A stretch of DNA of 64,000 nucleotides from Escherichia coli (lineage in GTDB: Bacteria; Pseudomonadota; Gammaproteobacteria; Enterobacterales; Enterobacteriaceae), in assembly GCF_050920415.1 (NCBI RefSeq), contig NZ_CP169309.1; one strand, written 5' to 3'. The notes beneath the pieces were generated by a model. It was not told the DNA's origin. It searched no databases and saw only the letters and a program-made list of their open reading frames with translations. Position 1 is the stretch's first letter. Every line of letters begins with the position of its first letter. Positions 34,091 to 44,826 of this stretch are shown here, piece after piece. A program made the translations under genes and the position numbers.

Positions 34091-34172
34091 TAACATCCAT
34101 TTCATTGACGGCTTTGACCGTTTCAGGCATTCGAAATGCCACGACTAACTTAATGACGATAATAAATAATCA

Positions 34173-35204
34173 ATGATAAAACTTTCGAATATCACCAAAG
34201 TGTTCCACCAGGGCACCCGCACCATCCAGGCGTTGAACAACGTCAGCCTGCATGTGCCAGCTGGACAAATTTATGGCGTTATCGGTGCCTCAGGCGCGGG
34301 TAAAAGTACGCTTATCCGTTGTGTAAACCTGCTGGAGCGCCCAACCGAGGGTAGCGTGCTGGTCGATGGTCAGGAACTGACCACGCTGTCAGAATCCGAG
34401 TTGACCAAAGCTCGCCGCCAGATTGGTATGATTTTCCAGCATTTTAACCTGCTCTCTTCGCGCACTGTTTTTGGCAACGTGGCACTGCCGCTGGAGCTGG
34501 ACAACACGCCGAAAGACGAGATTAAACGTCGCGTGACAGAATTACTGTCATTGGTTGGTCTTGGCGATAAGCATGATAGTTACCCGTCTAACCTTTCCGG
34601 TGGGCAGAAACAACGTGTGGCGATTGCCCGTGCGTTAGCCAGCAATCCCAAAGTATTGCTGTGTGATGAGGCCACCAGCGCGCTGGACCCGGCAACAACA
34701 CGTTCTATTCTCGAACTGCTGAAAGACATCAATCGTCGTCTGGGTTTGACGATTCTGTTGATCACCCACGAAATGGACGTTGTGAAGCGCATTTGTGATT
34801 GCGTGGCGGTGATCAGTAATGGCGAGTTGATCGAGCAGGACACGGTAAGTGAAGTGTTCTCGCATCCGAAAACGCCGCTAGCGCAGAAGTTTATTCAGTC
34901 GACCCTGCATCTGGATATCCCGGAAGACTATCAGGAACGACTGCAAGCGGAACCATTCGCTGACTGCGTGCCGATGCTGCGTCTGGAGTTTACCGGTCAA
35001 TCGGTCGATGCCCCGCTTCTTTCTGAAACCGCGCGTCGTTTCAACGTCAATAACAACATTATTAGCGCGCAGATGGATTACGCCGGTGGCGTTAAGTTCG
35101 GCATCATGCTGACTGAAATGCACGGCACACAACAAGATACGCAAGCCGCCATTGCCTGGCTGCAGGAACACCATGTAAAAGTAGAGGTACTGGGTTATGT
35201 CTGA
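34173..35204 (+). CDS. metN: D-methionine ABC transporter, ATP-binding protein
   Basis: 343 aa; Walker [13 protein letters not shown] signature LSGGQKQR; recognised MetN. Confidence 0.96.
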   Translation: MIKLSNITKVFHQGTRTIQALNNVSLHVPAGQIYGVIGASGAGKSTLIRCVNLLERPTEGSVLVDGQELTTLSESELTKARRQIGMIFQHFNLLSSRTVFGNVALPLELDNTPKDEIKRRVTELLSLVGLGDKHDSYPSNLSGGQKQRVAIARALASNPKVLLCDEATSALDPATTRSILELLKDINRRLGLTILLITHEMDVVKRICDCVAVISNGELIEQDTVSEVFSHPKTPLAQKFIQSTLHLDIPEDYQERLQAEPFADCVPMLRLEFTGQSVDAPLLSETARRFNVNNNIISAQMDYAGGVKFGIMLTEMHGTQQDTQAAIAWLQEHHVKVEVLGYV

Positions 35205-35850
35205 GCCGATGATGTGGCTGCTGGTTCGTGGCGTATGGGAAACGCTGGCAATGACCTTCGTATCCGGTTTTTTTGGTTTTGTGATTGGTCTGCCGGTTGG
35301 CGTCCTGCTTTATGTCACGCGTCCGGGGCAAATTATTGCTAACGCGAAGCTGTATCGTACCGTTTCTGCGATTGTGAACATTTTCCGATCCATCCCGTTC
35401 ATTATCTTGCTGGTATGGATGATTCCGTTTACTCGCGTTATTGTCGGTACATCGATTGGTTTGCAGGCAGCGATTGTTCCGCTGACAGTTGGTGCAGCAC
35501 CGTTTATTGCCCGTATGGTCGAGAACGCTCTGCTGGAGATCCCAACCGGGTTAATTGAAGCTTCCCGCGCAATGGGTGCTACGCCGATGCAGATCGTGCG
35601 CAAAGTGCTGTTACCGGAGGCGTTGCCAGGTCTGGTGAATGCAGCAACTATCACCCTGATTACTCTGGTCGGTTATTCCGCAATGGGTGGCGCAGTCGGT
35701 GCCGGTGGTTTAGGTCAGATTGGCTATCAGTATGGCTACATCGGCTACAACGCGACGGTGATGAATACGGTACTGGTATTGCTGGTCATTCTGGTTTATT
35801 TAATTCAGTTCGCAGGCGACCGCATCGTCCGGGCTGTCACTCGCAAGTAA
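35197..35850 (+). CDS. metI: D-methionine ABC transporter, permease
   Basis: 217 aa, polytopic membrane protein; overlaps metN by 8 nt. Confidence 0.95.
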   Translation: MSEPMMWLLVRGVWETLAMTFVSGFFGFVIGLPVGVLLYVTRPGQIIANAKLYRTVSAIVNIFRSIPFIILLVWMIPFTRVIVGTSIGLQAAIVPLTVGAAPFIARMVENALLEIPTGLIEASRAMGATPMQIVRKVLLPEALPGLVNAATITLITLVGYSAMGGAVGAGGLGQIGYQYGYIGYNATVMNTVLVLLVILVYLIQFAGDRIVRAVTRK

Positions 35851-35889
35851 CGTTCAACACAACATAAATAATTGAAGAAGGAATAAGGT

Positions 35890-36705
35890 ATGGCGTTCAA
35901 ATTCAAAACCTTTGCGGCAGTGGGAGCCCTGATTGGATCACTGGCACTGGTAGGCTGCGGTCAGGATGAAAAAGATCCAAACCACATTAAAGTCGGCGTG
36001 ATTGTTGGTGCCGAACAGCAGGTTGCAGAAGTCGCGCAGAAAGTCGCGAAAGACAAATATGGCCTGGACGTTGAGCTGGTAACCTTCAACGACTATGTTC
36101 TGCCAAACGAAGCATTGAGCAAAGGCGATATCGACGCCAACGCCTTCCAGCATAAACCGTACCTTGATCAGCAACTGAAAGATCGTGGCTACAAACTGGT
36201 CGCAGTAGGCAACACTTTTGTTTATCCGATTGCTGGTTACTCCAAGAAAATCAAATCACTGGATGAACTGCAGGATGGTTCGCAGGTTGCCGTGCCAAAC
36301 GACCCAACTAACCTTGGTCGTTCACTGCTGCTGCTGCAAAAAGTGGGCTTGATCAAACTGAAAGATGGCGTTGGCCTGTTGCCAACAGTTCTTGATGTTG
36401 TTGAGAACCCAAAAAACCTGAAAATTGTTGAGCTGGAAGCACCGCAGCTGCCGCGCTCTCTGGACGATGCGCAAATCGCTCTGGCGGTTATCAACACCAC
36501 CTATGCCAGCCAGATTGGCCTGACTCCGGCGAAAGACGGTATCTTTGTCGAAGATAAAGAGTCTCCGTACGTAAACCTGATCGTGACGCGTGAAGATAAT
36601 AAAGACGCAGAGAACGTGAAGAAATTCGTCCAGGCTTATCAGTCTGACGAAGTTTACGAAGCAGCGAACAAAGTGTTTAACGGTGGCGCTGTTAAAGGCT
36701 GGTAA
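35890..36705 (+). CDS. metQ: D-methionine ABC transporter, substrate-binding lipoprotein
   Basis: 271 aa; lipobox LVGCGQ; NlpA-family sequence. Confidence 0.95.
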   Translation: MAFKFKTFAAVGALIGSLALVGCGQDEKDPNHIKVGVIVGAEQQVAEVAQKVAKDKYGLDVELVTFNDYVLPNEALSKGDIDANAFQHKPYLDQQLKDRGYKLVAVGNTFVYPIAGYSKKIKSLDELQDGSQVAVPNDPTNLGRSLLLLQKVGLIKLKDGVGLLPTVLDVVENPKNLKIVELEAPQLPRSLDDAQIALAVINTTYASQIGLTPAKDGIFVEDKESPYVNLIVTREDNKDAENVKKFVQAYQSDEVYEAANKVFNGGAVKGW

Positions 36706-36822
36706 TTTTTAGGCTGTTTCCACAATTTGTAATATCATTCAGGACGGGCGCTTGCCCGTCTTGTCATTTTTACAAGCTCCTGATTCAATATTGACGTTTT
36801 GATCATACATTGAGGAAATACT

Positions 36823-37227
36823 ATGCGTGCTTTACCGATCTGTTTAGTAGCACTCATGCTAAGCGGCTGTTCCATGTTAAGCAGATCCCCTGTCGAACCC
36901 GTTCAAAGCACTGCACCCCAGCCGAAAGCGGAGCCTGCAAAACCGAAAGCACCGCGCGCCGCGCCGGTCCGAATTTATACCAATGCAGAAGAATTAGTCG
37001 GCAAACCATTCCGCGATCTCGGTGAAGTCAGTGGCGATTCTTGCCAGGCCTCTAATCAGGACTCTCCGCCGAGCATTCCAACCGCGCGTAAGCGGATGCA
37101 AATCAATGCCTCTAAAATGAAAGCCAATGCGGTATTACTGCATAGCTGCGAAGTTACCAGCGGTACGCCAGGCTGCTATCGTCAGGCTGTATGTATCGGT
37201 TCTGCGCTTAACATTACGGCGAAATGA
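36823..37227 (+). CDS. rcsF: Outer-membrane lipoprotein RcsF (Rcs phosphorelay sensor)
   Basis: 134 aa; lipobox LSGCS, Pro/Lys-rich linker, 4 conserved Cys; recognised RcsF. Confidence 0.95.
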   Translation: MRALPICLVALMLSGCSMLSRSPVEPVQSTAPQPKAEPAKPKAPRAAPVRIYTNAEELVGKPFRDLGEVSGDSCQASNQDSPPSIPTARKRMQINASKMKANAVLLHSCEVTSGTPGCYRQAVCIGSALNITAK

Positions 37228-37931
37228 GCAGTTTCCAGTTCGAGCAAATAGGCGTTATTCGCTCGCCCTATAAAGAAAAATTCGCCGTTCCGCGCCAGCC
37301 AGGTCTGGTAAAAAGCGCCAACGGTGAACTGCATCTCATTGCTCCCTACAACCAGGCCGACGCCGTACGCGGCCTGGAGGCGTTCAGCCATTTATGGATA
37401 CTTTTCGTCTTTCATCAAACGATGGAAGGCGGCTGGCGCCCAACTGTGCGTCCGCCTCGTCTTGGTGGTAATGCCAGAATGGGCGTTTTCGCCACACGCT
37501 CTACTTTCCGTCCTAATCCGATTGGTATGTCGCTGGTAGAGCTGAAAGAGGTTGTTTGCCATAAAGACAGCGTGATTCTGAAGCTTGGCAGTCTGGATCT
37601 GGTCGATGGGACGCCAGTGGTGGATATCAAACCGTATCTCCCCTTTGCCGAATCGCTTCCCGATGCCAGCGCCAGCTATGCGCAAAGTGCACCAGCGGCA
37701 GAGATGGCGGTGAGTTTTACCTTAGAGGTCGAAAAGCAGCTTTTGACACTGGAGAAGCGATATCCGCAGTTAACGCTGTTTATCCGCGAAGTACTGGCGC
37801 AGGACCCGCGTCCAGCCTATCGTAAAGGTGAGGATACGGGCAAAACCTATGCCGTCTGGCTGCATAATTTTAACGTTCGCTGGCGCGTCACCGACGCTGG
37901 TTTTGAAGTCTTTGCGCTGGAACCGCGTTAA
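37224..37931 (+). CDS. trmO: tRNA (adenine37-N6)-methyltransferase TrmO (YaeB/TsaA)
   Basis: 235 aa; overlaps rcsF stop by 4 nt; recognised YaeB sequence. Confidence 0.92.
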   Translation: MSSFQFEQIGVIRSPYKEKFAVPRQPGLVKSANGELHLIAPYNQADAVRGLEAFSHLWILFVFHQTMEGGWRPTVRPPRLGGNARMGVFATRSTFRPNPIGMSLVELKEVVCHKDSVILKLGSLDLVDGTPVVDIKPYLPFAESLPDASASYAQSAPAAEMAVSFTLEVEKQLLTLEKRYPQLTLFIREVLAQDPRPAYRKGEDTGKTYAVWLHNFNVRWRVTDAGFEVFALEPR

Positions 37932-38041
37932 ATTCGCGCCCTTCTCTTTTGACATTTCTTTTGCACTGGTAAACTAAATCACTTTTTTTGTCCCAGGCTC
38001 GCCTTGAGCCTGCTCTACCTTCCAACTGGAACCGTAACAAC

Positions 38042-39760
38042 ATGCGTACTAGCCAATACCTGCTCTCCACTCTTAAGGAGACACCTGCCGACGCCGAGGT
38101 GATCAGCCATCAGCTGATGTTGCGCGCCGGGATGATCCGCAAGCTGGCCTCCGGGTTATACACCTGGCTGCCGACCGGCGTGCGCGTTCTGAAAAAAGTC
38201 GAAAACATCGTGCGTGAAGAGATGAACAACGCCGGTGCGATCGAGGTGTTAATGCCGGTGGTTCAGCCATCTGAACTGTGGCAAGAGAGTGGTCGTTGGG
38301 AACAGTATGGCCCGGAATTGCTGCGTATTGCTGACCGTGGTGACCGTCCGTTCGTACTTGGCCCAACTCATGAAGAAGTGATTACCGACCTGATTCGTAA
38401 CGAGCTGAGCTCTTACAAACAGCTGCCGCTGAACTTCTATCAGATCCAGACCAAGTTCCGTGATGAAGTGCGCCCGCGTTTCGGCGTCATGCGTTCCCGC
38501 GAATTCCTGATGAAAGATGCTTACTCTTTCCATACCTCTCAGGAATCCCTGCAGGAAACCTACGATGCAATGTATGCGGCCTACAGCAAAATCTTCAGCC
38601 GCATGGGGCTGGATTTCCGCGCCGTACAGGCCGATACCGGTTCTATCGGCGGCAGCGCCTCTCACGAATTCCAGGTGCTGGCGCAGAGCGGTGAAGACGA
38701 TGTGGTCTTCTCCGACACCTCTGACTATGCAGCGAACATTGAGCTGGCAGAAGCTATCGCGCCGAAAGAACCGCGCGCTGCTGCTACCCAGGAAATGACG
38801 CTGGTTGATACGCCGAACGCGAAAACCATCGCTGAACTGGTAGAACAATTCAATCTGCCGATTGAAAAAACGGTTAAGACTCTGCTGGTTAAAGCCGTTG
38901 AAGGCAGTAGCTTCCCGCTGGTTGCGCTGCTGGTTCGCGGTGACCACGAGCTGAACGAAGTTAAAGCTGAGAAACTGCCGCAGGTTGCAAGCCCGCTGAC
39001 TTTCGCGACTGAAGAAGAAATTCGTGCCGTGGTTAAAGCCGGTCCGGGTTCACTGGGTCCGGTAAACATGCCGATTCCGGTAGTAATTGACCGTACTGTT
39101 GCGGCGATGAGTGATTTTGCTGCTGGTGCTAACATCGATGGCAAACACTACTTCGGTATCAACTGGGATCGCGATGTCGCAACCCCGGTAGTTGCGGATA
39201 TCCGTAACGTAGTGGCTGGCGATCCAAGCCCGGATGGACAGGGTACGCTGCTGATCAAACGTGGTATCGAAGTCGGTCACATCTTCCAGCTGGGTACTAA
39301 GTACTCCGAAGCACTTAAAGCCTCCGTTCAGGGTGAAGATGGCCGTAATCAGATCCTGACTATGGGTTGCTACGGTATCGGCGTAACGCGCGTAGTAGCT
39401 GCGGCAATTGAGCAGAACTACGACGAACGCGGCATCGTATGGCCTGACGCTATCGCACCTTTCCAGGTGGCGATTCTGCCGATGAACATGCACAAATCCT
39501 TCCGCGTACAGGAGCTGGCTGAGAAACTGTATAGCGAACTGCGCGCACAGGGTATCGAAGTGCTGCTGGATGACCGCAAAGAACGTCCGGGCGTGATGTT
39601 TGCTGATATGGAACTGATCGGTATTCCGCACACTATCGTGTTGGGCGACCGTAACCTCGACAACGACGATATCGAATACAAATACCGTCGTAACGGTGAG
39701 AAACAGTTAATTAAGACCGGTGACATCGTCGATTATCTGGTGAAACAGATTAAAGGCTGA
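38042..39760 (+). CDS. proS: Prolyl-tRNA synthetase
   Basis: 572 aa from the ATG at 38042 ([20 protein letters not shown]...); the listed ORF is extended upstream in frame. Confidence 0.97.
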   Translation: MRTSQYLLSTLKETPADAEVISHQLMLRAGMIRKLASGLYTWLPTGVRVLKKVENIVREEMNNAGAIEVLMPVVQPSELWQESGRWEQYGPELLRIADRGDRPFVLGPTHEEVITDLIRNELSSYKQLPLNFYQIQTKFRDEVRPRFGVMRSREFLMKDAYSFHTSQESLQETYDAMYAAYSKIFSRMGLDFRAVQADTGSIGGSASHEFQVLAQSGEDDVVFSDTSDYAANIELAEAIAPKEPRAAATQEMTLVDTPNAKTIAELVEQFNLPIEKTVKTLLVKAVEGSSFPLVALLVRGDHELNEVKAEKLPQVASPLTFATEEEIRAVVKAGPGSLGPVNMPIPVVIDRTVAAMSDFAAGANIDGKHYFGINWDRDVATPVVADIRNVVAGDPSPDGQGTLLIKRGIEVGHIFQLGTKYSEALKASVQGEDGRNQILTMGCYGIGVTRVVAAAIEQNYDERGIVWPDAIAPFQVAILPMNMHKSFRVQELAEKLYSELRAQGIEVLLDDRKERPGVMFADMELIGIPHTIVLGDRNLDNDDIEYKYRRNGEKQLIKTGDIVDYLVKQIKG

Positions 39761-39765
39761 TGCCA

Positions 39766-39797
39766 GAAAGGGTCCTGAATTTCAGGACCCTTTTTTA
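39766..39797 (+). terminator. Rho-independent terminator of proS
   Basis: AAGGGTCCTGAATTTCAGGACCCTTTTTT: 12-bp stem followed by a T-run. Confidence 0.85.
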
Positions 39798-39812
39798 CAT
39801 GGATTGTATAAA

Positions 39813-40637
39813 ATGGATAAACCAAAGGCGCACTGGTGCCTGCTTCTCCCCTGCTTTCTTTCACTTTCGGCCTGTACCGTTGACATCAGCCAGCCAGACT
39901 CATCAGCCACAGCGGTAGATGCCGCGGCAAAAACATGGGCAGTCAAATTCCAGCATCAAAGCTCTTTCACCGAACAATCAATAAAAGAAATAACAGAACC
40001 TGATCTCAAACCCGGCGATTTACTGTTCTCCTCAAGCCTTGGGGTAACCTCATTTGGTATCCGCGTCTTCAGCACTTCCTCTGTGAGCCACGTTGCAATC
40101 TTTTTGGGAGATAATAACGTTGCAGAAGCGACAGGAGATGGCGTCCAGATTGTTTCCCTTAAAAAAGCGATGAAGCATAGTGATAAGCTTTTCGTCTTAC
40201 GAGTTCCGGATCTTACCCCGCAACAAGCCACAGAAATTACCGCGTTTGCCAATAAAATCAAAGATAGCGGTTATAACTATCGCGGCATTGTCGAATTTAT
40301 TCCATTTATGGTGACTCGCCAGATGTGCTCACTGAATCCGTTCTCCGAGGATTTTCGCCAACAGTGCGTCAGCGGCCTGGCGAAAGCGCAGTTAAGCAGT
40401 GTGAGCGAAGGAGACAAAAAGTCGTGGTTTTGTTCGGAATTTGTCACTGATGCATTTGCCAAAGCCGGACATCCGCTTACGCTGGCACAGTCTGGCTGGA
40501 TTAGCCCTGCCGATCTGATGCATATGCGTACTGGCGATGTCTCTGCGTTTAAGCCAGAAACGCAGTTAGAGTATGTCGGGCACTTGAAGCCAGGGATTTA
40601 TATTAAAGCGAGTCGCTTTGTTGGTCTGACTCGGTGA
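39813..40637 (+). CDS. yaeF: Lipoprotein YaeF (YaeF/YiiX-family permuted papain-like fold)
   Basis: 274 aa from the ATG at 39813; lipobox LSLSAC; synteny between proS and nlpE. Confidence 0.88.
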   Translation: MDKPKAHWCLLLPCFLSLSACTVDISQPDSSATAVDAAAKTWAVKFQHQSSFTEQSIKEITEPDLKPGDLLFSSSLGVTSFGIRVFSTSSVSHVAIFLGDNNVAEATGDGVQIVSLKKAMKHSDKLFVLRVPDLTPQQATEITAFANKIKDSGYNYRGIVEFIPFMVTRQMCSLNPFSEDFRQQCVSGLAKAQLSSVSEGDKKSWFCSEFVTDAFAKAGHPLTLAQSGWISPADLMHMRTGDVSAFKPETQLEYVGHLKPGIYIKASRFVGLTR

Positions 40638-40666
40638 TAAAAGCCGGAGAATGCTCCGGCATTCAA

Positions 40667-41377
40667 TTACTGCCCCAAACTACTGCAATCCTGGTTTGGG
40701 TAAAATTTACCTGCCGTATCGGGCGCTAATACTTTGGTTGGCGCACCGTTATCCGGATTAGTCTCAAGCGTAAAGTGACCTTCTACTGACAGTAACACCG
40801 GTTTTTCACTGTTACCGCGCGCAGCCAGGTAGCTACGCTCCAGCTCTGCATTATTCGCTACCATGAAACGTTTTCCGGTCGCACAATCAGTAAAGGTTGC
40901 CGCATCAGCCATATAAAAATACATGCCGCGTAGAGTCATCGGCGTCACTGGCAGGCTGGATTTTGCCGGTTCCAGTGTATAGTTGAACTGCGATTCGATC
41001 GGATTGCCTTCACGATCGAGCATCTCCAACGCATCTCCTTTCGCCCGATAATATGACTTTTCACCTTTACTGTCGGTTAATACCAGTTTGTCAGCGGTTC
41101 GCGCCCATGTACCGTAGGAGGCGAAAGAGAAAGGTTCTTCACGAGCCCCCAGATAACGCTCATTCATCACCCAGGTTCCATCTTTTTCGAGGAACAGAGA
41201 GGTTTCGATACCTTCGCAATCAGCACACGGCAGCACGCCGCGCCAGCTTTGCGGCATCGGCTTCAGTTCAGCGGCCTGCGCCGGAGAAAGCGTATCGACT
41301 TCGGCTCGATTATTACATCCCATCAGAGTAAAGAGGCTGATTACAGCCATCGCTGTCACTATCGCTTTTTTCACCAT
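40667..41377 (-). CDS. nlpE: Outer-membrane lipoprotein NlpE (CutF), Cpx pathway sensor
   Basis: 236 aa; lipobox LMGCN; CXXC motif (CADCEG); recognised NlpE. Confidence 0.95.
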   Translation of the reverse strand: MVKKAIVTAMAVISLFTLMGCNNRAEVDTLSPAQAAELKPMPQSWRGVLPCADCEGIETSLFLEKDGTWVMNERYLGAREEPFSFASYGTWARTADKLVLTDSKGEKSYYRAKGDALEMLDREGNPIESQFNYTLEPAKSSLPVTPMTLRGMYFYMADAATFTDCATGKRFMVANNAELERSYLAARGNSEKPVLLSVEGHFTLETNPDNGAPTKVLAPDTAGKFYPNQDCSSLGQ

Positions 41378-41390
41378 CCATTCCTTCTTT

Positions 41391-41813
41391 TTATTCCCGA
41401 CCGCCGCGCACTTTGCCGCGCAACGCCTTCACGCTTGATTTTTGTGCTTTCGATACCAGCCTGCGCTCTTTTGATGCGCGGGTAGGTCGTGTCGGTCGTC
41501 GGGCTTTTTGTTCTGTTGTTAATTCTTTAATCACTGCCACCAACCGTGCCAGCGCCGCTTCGCGGTTCAGTTCCTGGCTACGGTATTCCTGTGCCTTGAT
41601 GACTATCACTCCATCGCTGCTAATCAGATGATGGCTGGCAGCGAGCAGGCGCTCTTTGTAATACTCTGGCAGGCTGGACGCTCGAATGTCAAAACGCAGA
41701 TGAATAGCCGTTGAGGTCTTATTAACATGCTGTCCGCCCGCGCCCTGTGCACGAATAGCAGTGATCTCAAACTCGCCATTGGGGATAGCAACATGTCGGG
41801 AAATCACAATCAT
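41391..41813 (-). CDS. arfB: Peptidyl-tRNA hydrolase ArfB (YaeJ), ribosome rescue factor
   Basis: 140 aa; GGQ motif ([10 protein letters not shown]); basic C-terminal tail. Confidence 0.95.
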   Translation of the reverse strand: MIVISRHVAIPNGEFEITAIRAQGAGGQHVNKTSTAIHLRFDIRASSLPEYYKERLLAASHHLISSDGVIVIKAQEYRSQELNREAALARLVAVIKELTTEQKARRPTRPTRASKERRLVSKAQKSSVKALRGKVRGGRE

Positions 41814-42355
41814 GAAGGTTGTTGCCAGACGGTTAAGTTCACTTCCAGATTATTCTTGTCATCCGATAACCAGATCACGCCATCCTGAATCGTTGCCTGC
41901 AGCGTCATGGTACGATCGGCAAAGGCGCTCACTTTTGCCAGTTGCTCGTCGTCCAGATACCAGACGGAAAGATTGGCAAACTGCGCACATTTACTCTGAT
42001 TTTGCTGCCACCAGATTTGCGCCGCCCGACTATTATAGGCAAACAGCGCCACTTCTGCGGCCTGGGTGCAGGCTTTCTTAATCCGCCGCTCATCCGGCAA
42101 TCCCAGTTCAATCCACAAATCAATGCCCAGATGATCATTACGCAGCCACGCTTCCGGCTCATCATCGGCACACAAACCTCGGGTAAATTGCAGACGTTCA
42201 TCAGCATATTTCAGCCACGCCAGCAGGCGCAGCATCATGCGCTCCTGGGTTTCTGAAGGATGGCGCGCCAGCGTCAGAGAGGCATCGAGAAACTGGTTGC
42301 GGTCGAGATCGGCCACATTAACCGTCGCTTTATAAATTGTCGCTTTAAGCGCCAT
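41810..42355 (-). CDS. yaeQ: Conserved protein YaeQ
   Basis: 181 aa; overlaps arfB by 4 nt; recognised YaeQ sequence. Confidence 0.92.
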   Translation of the reverse strand: MALKATIYKATVNVADLDRNQFLDASLTLARHPSETQERMMLRLLAWLKYADERLQFTRGLCADDEPEAWLRNDHLGIDLWIELGLPDERRIKKACTQAAEVALFAYNSRAAQIWWQQNQSKCAQFANLSVWYLDDEQLAKVSAFADRTMTLQATIQDGVIWLSDDKNNLEVNLTVWQQPS

Positions 42356-42520
42356 AAGAAAACTCCTTTCGAATCAGGAGGCCATTGTAACGGAATACGT
42401 GCAGTTGCGACGCTGATATTGCAGAAATGAGTGTGGTATAGTCACCTTGCGAAACAGAGTTTATCTTCGTAGGCTTAGACTTGCATCCACGGTTAAGTCA
42501 GAGTGCTGACAGGAGGGCAT

Positions 42521-42721
42521 GTGGAAAAATATTGTGAGTTAATACGCAAGCGGTACGCGGAAATCGCCAGCGGAGACTTAGGATACGTTCCGGACGCGCT
42601 GGGCTGCGTTTTGAAAGTGCTGAATGAAATGGCTGCCGACGATGCCCTTTCTGAGGCTGTCAGGGAAAAAGCAGCATACGCTGCGGCAAACTTACTGGTG
42701 AGCGATTATGTCAATGAATGA
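42521..42721 (+). CDS. yaeP: UPF0253 small protein YaeP
   Basis: 66 aa from GTG 42521 ([24 protein letters not shown]...); AGGAGG at 42511-42516; the listed ORF is extended upstream. Confidence 0.85.
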
Positions 42722-42968
42722 TACGTATCAACCAATCAATTGTGATGATTACGATAATCTTGAGCTCGCCTGCCAGCATCATTTAATGCTGACACTTGAG
42801 CTGAAAGATGGCGAAAAATTGCAGGCGAAGGCCAGCGATTTAGTCTCCCGCAAAAATGTGGAGTATCTGGTCGTCGAGGCCGCTGGTACAACCCGCGAAC
42901 TGCGTCTGGATAAAATTACCAGCTTTAGCCACCCGGAAATCGGTACGGTGGTGGTGAGCGAGTCCTGA
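42714..42968 (+). CDS. rof: Rho-binding antiterminator Rof (YaeO)
   Basis: 84 aa from ATG 42714 ([23 protein letters not shown]...); overlaps the yaeP stop. Confidence 0.92.
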
Positions 42969-42974
42969 TTGACT

Positions 42975-43012
42975 TTCGCCGGATGCGACGTTTGATGCGT
43001 CTTATCCGGCTT
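42975..43012. repeat. REP (repetitive extragenic palindromic) element
   Basis: GCCGGATGCGACG...CGTCTTATCCGGC imperfect palindrome typical of enterobacterial REP units, between convergent rof and tilS. Confidence 0.8.
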
Positions 43013-43020
43013 TCACTTAA

Positions 43021-44316
43021 CTAAGCGTTTCGCCGCCAGACAAAACTTACGCCATTCTCACCTTCAGCCACACCTTCTTGCGTCACAAATACCTCTGCCG
43101 CTGCAATCAGCGTTTCGCCATAAAACAGCAGTGGCGTGGTGTCACGCAACCACGGCGGTACGCCCAGTTCCTGCCAGATTTTCTTTAACTTACGCCCACC
43201 ATTGCGCCCGACAATATGCAGCAATCCTGGCGCTTTGAAACGCACGCTGACCGCTTCGTCTGCACGCGGAGGGCGAATATCGCCTCCCGCAGTAAGCTGT
43301 ACACTTCCCAGCGCCGCCGGTAATTCCAGCGGTTGTAACCACGTCTGCCACGGCACAATGGTTTCGCTTTGCCCAGTGACGGATTTAATCCACCACAGTT
43401 GCGATTGATAGCGGCGGATTTCAAACGCCCCCAAACGTAAACAGGGGGAAGCATCTTCTCGCGCCAGCGCCACTTCCTGCCAGATCCTCACCAACGCGTC
43501 GCGGGAAGGCATCGGTGCATTCTGCCCTGCAAGCCAGCGGCGAATAATCGCCGCGCGACGGGCATCACTCATCGCCAGCATTGGCGCAATCTGCAGCGTT
43601 CCCTGCGGCGTTTGACAGTGTGCTAAATCATCCACCAGCAGTTCATCCAACAGGCTCTCTTGCTCAGCACAAAGTGCGGCGCTGCGGGCCGTTGCTTCGG
43701 CAAAATGCGGCCAACGCTGCTGCAATAACGGCACAACGCGCAGGCGCAGGAAGTTACGATCGTATGAGTCGTCCTGATTACTTTCGTCTTCAATCCAACG
43801 TAAACCATGCGCCAACGCCCACTGCTCCAGTTCTCCCCGCGTGCGGGCGAGCAACGGGCGGATAAGCCGCGTTCCGGCAAACTCCGAGATTTCCGCCATA
43901 GCCGAAAGCCCTGCAGGACCGCTACCGCGTTTTAGCGCCAGCAGAAACGTTTCACATTGATCGTCGAGATGTTGCGCTGTAACCAGCACTTCACCAGGTA
44001 ACAGGGTACGAGCAAATGCCTGATAACGTGCCTGCCGCGCCTGGGCCTCAATACCTAGCCCCTCTTGCGCAAGTTGCACACGCTCAACCACCAGCGGCAC
44101 CTGCCACTGCTGGCAGATATTTTCACAATGTTTCACCCAAGCATCAGCGTTGGCACTTAAACCGTGATGCACATGAATAGCGCGCAGGATGACGCTCGGA
44201 TTTTCCGTCCGCCACTGCACCAACTGATGCAGCAGAACGGTGGAGTCAAGCCCGCCGCTAAAGGCCACCAGAATCTGGCGTGAGATGAGAAGTTGTCTAT
44301 TGAGAGTGAGTGTCAT
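43021..44316 (-). CDS. tilS: tRNA(Ile)-lysidine synthetase
   Basis: 431 aa; PP-loop motif SGGLDS near the N-terminus; recognised TilS/MesJ. Confidence 0.95.
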   Translation of the reverse strand: MTLTLNRQLLISRQILVAFSGGLDSTVLLHQLVQWRTENPSVILRAIHVHHGLSANADAWVKHCENICQQWQVPLVVERVQLAQEGLGIEAQARQARYQAFARTLLPGEVLVTAQHLDDQCETFLLALKRGSGPAGLSAMAEISEFAGTRLIRPLLARTRGELEQWALAHGLRWIEDESNQDDSYDRNFLRLRVVPLLQQRWPHFAEATARSAALCAEQESLLDELLVDDLAHCQTPQGTLQIAPMLAMSDARRAAIIRRWLAGQNAPMPSRDALVRIWQEVALAREDASPCLRLGAFEIRRYQSQLWWIKSVTGQSETIVPWQTWLQPLELPAALGSVQLTAGGDIRPPRADEAVSVRFKAPGLLHIVGRNGGRKLKKIWQELGVPPWLRDTTPLLFYGETLIAAAEVFVTQEGVAEGENGVSFVWRRNA

Positions 44317-44380
44317 GATGGTGCGATTTTACAGTAGCAATGCCCGGCACGTTACCGGGCAAATATGGCGATGACAAGCC

Positions 44381-44770
44381 TTACTGCTCATACAGTTCCA
44401 ACGGCAGTCCGTCCGGATCGTTAAAGAATGTGAAGCGCTTTTGCGTGTAGGGATCGACACGTATGGCTTCACATTTCACGTTATGGCTTTCAAGGTGCGC
44501 CACTGCCGCATCGATATCATCAACGCTAAAAGCCAGATGACGCAGGCCGCAAGCTTCCGGTCGGCTGGGGCGCTCCGGCGGGAACGGAAATGAGAAAAGC
44601 TCAATCACATATTGCCCATTAAGCGCCAAATCCCCTTTCCACGAATCGCGCGCTTCGCGATAGACTTCGCTTTGCAGCGTGAAACCGAGAATATCGCAGT
44701 AGAAAGCTTTGCTCACCGCATAATCCGTCGCAATAATCGCAATATGATGAACCTGTTTTAAACCCAGCAT
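44381..44770 (-). CDS. yaeR: VOC/glyoxalase-family protein YaeR
   Basis: 129 aa from the MLGLKQVHHIAII start (the listed ORF adds 9 codons upstream). Confidence 0.9.
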   Translation of the reverse strand: MLGLKQVHHIAIIATDYAVSKAFYCDILGFTLQSEVYREARDSWKGDLALNGQYVIELFSFPFPPERPSRPEACGLRHLAFSVDDIDAAVAHLESHNVKCEAIRVDPYTQKRFTFFNDPDGLPLELYEQ

Positions 44771-44826
44771 AACGTCTCCTTTATTTGTTAACAGCACGTT
44801 ACTCGCCCGGAAGCCGCTCTGGCAAG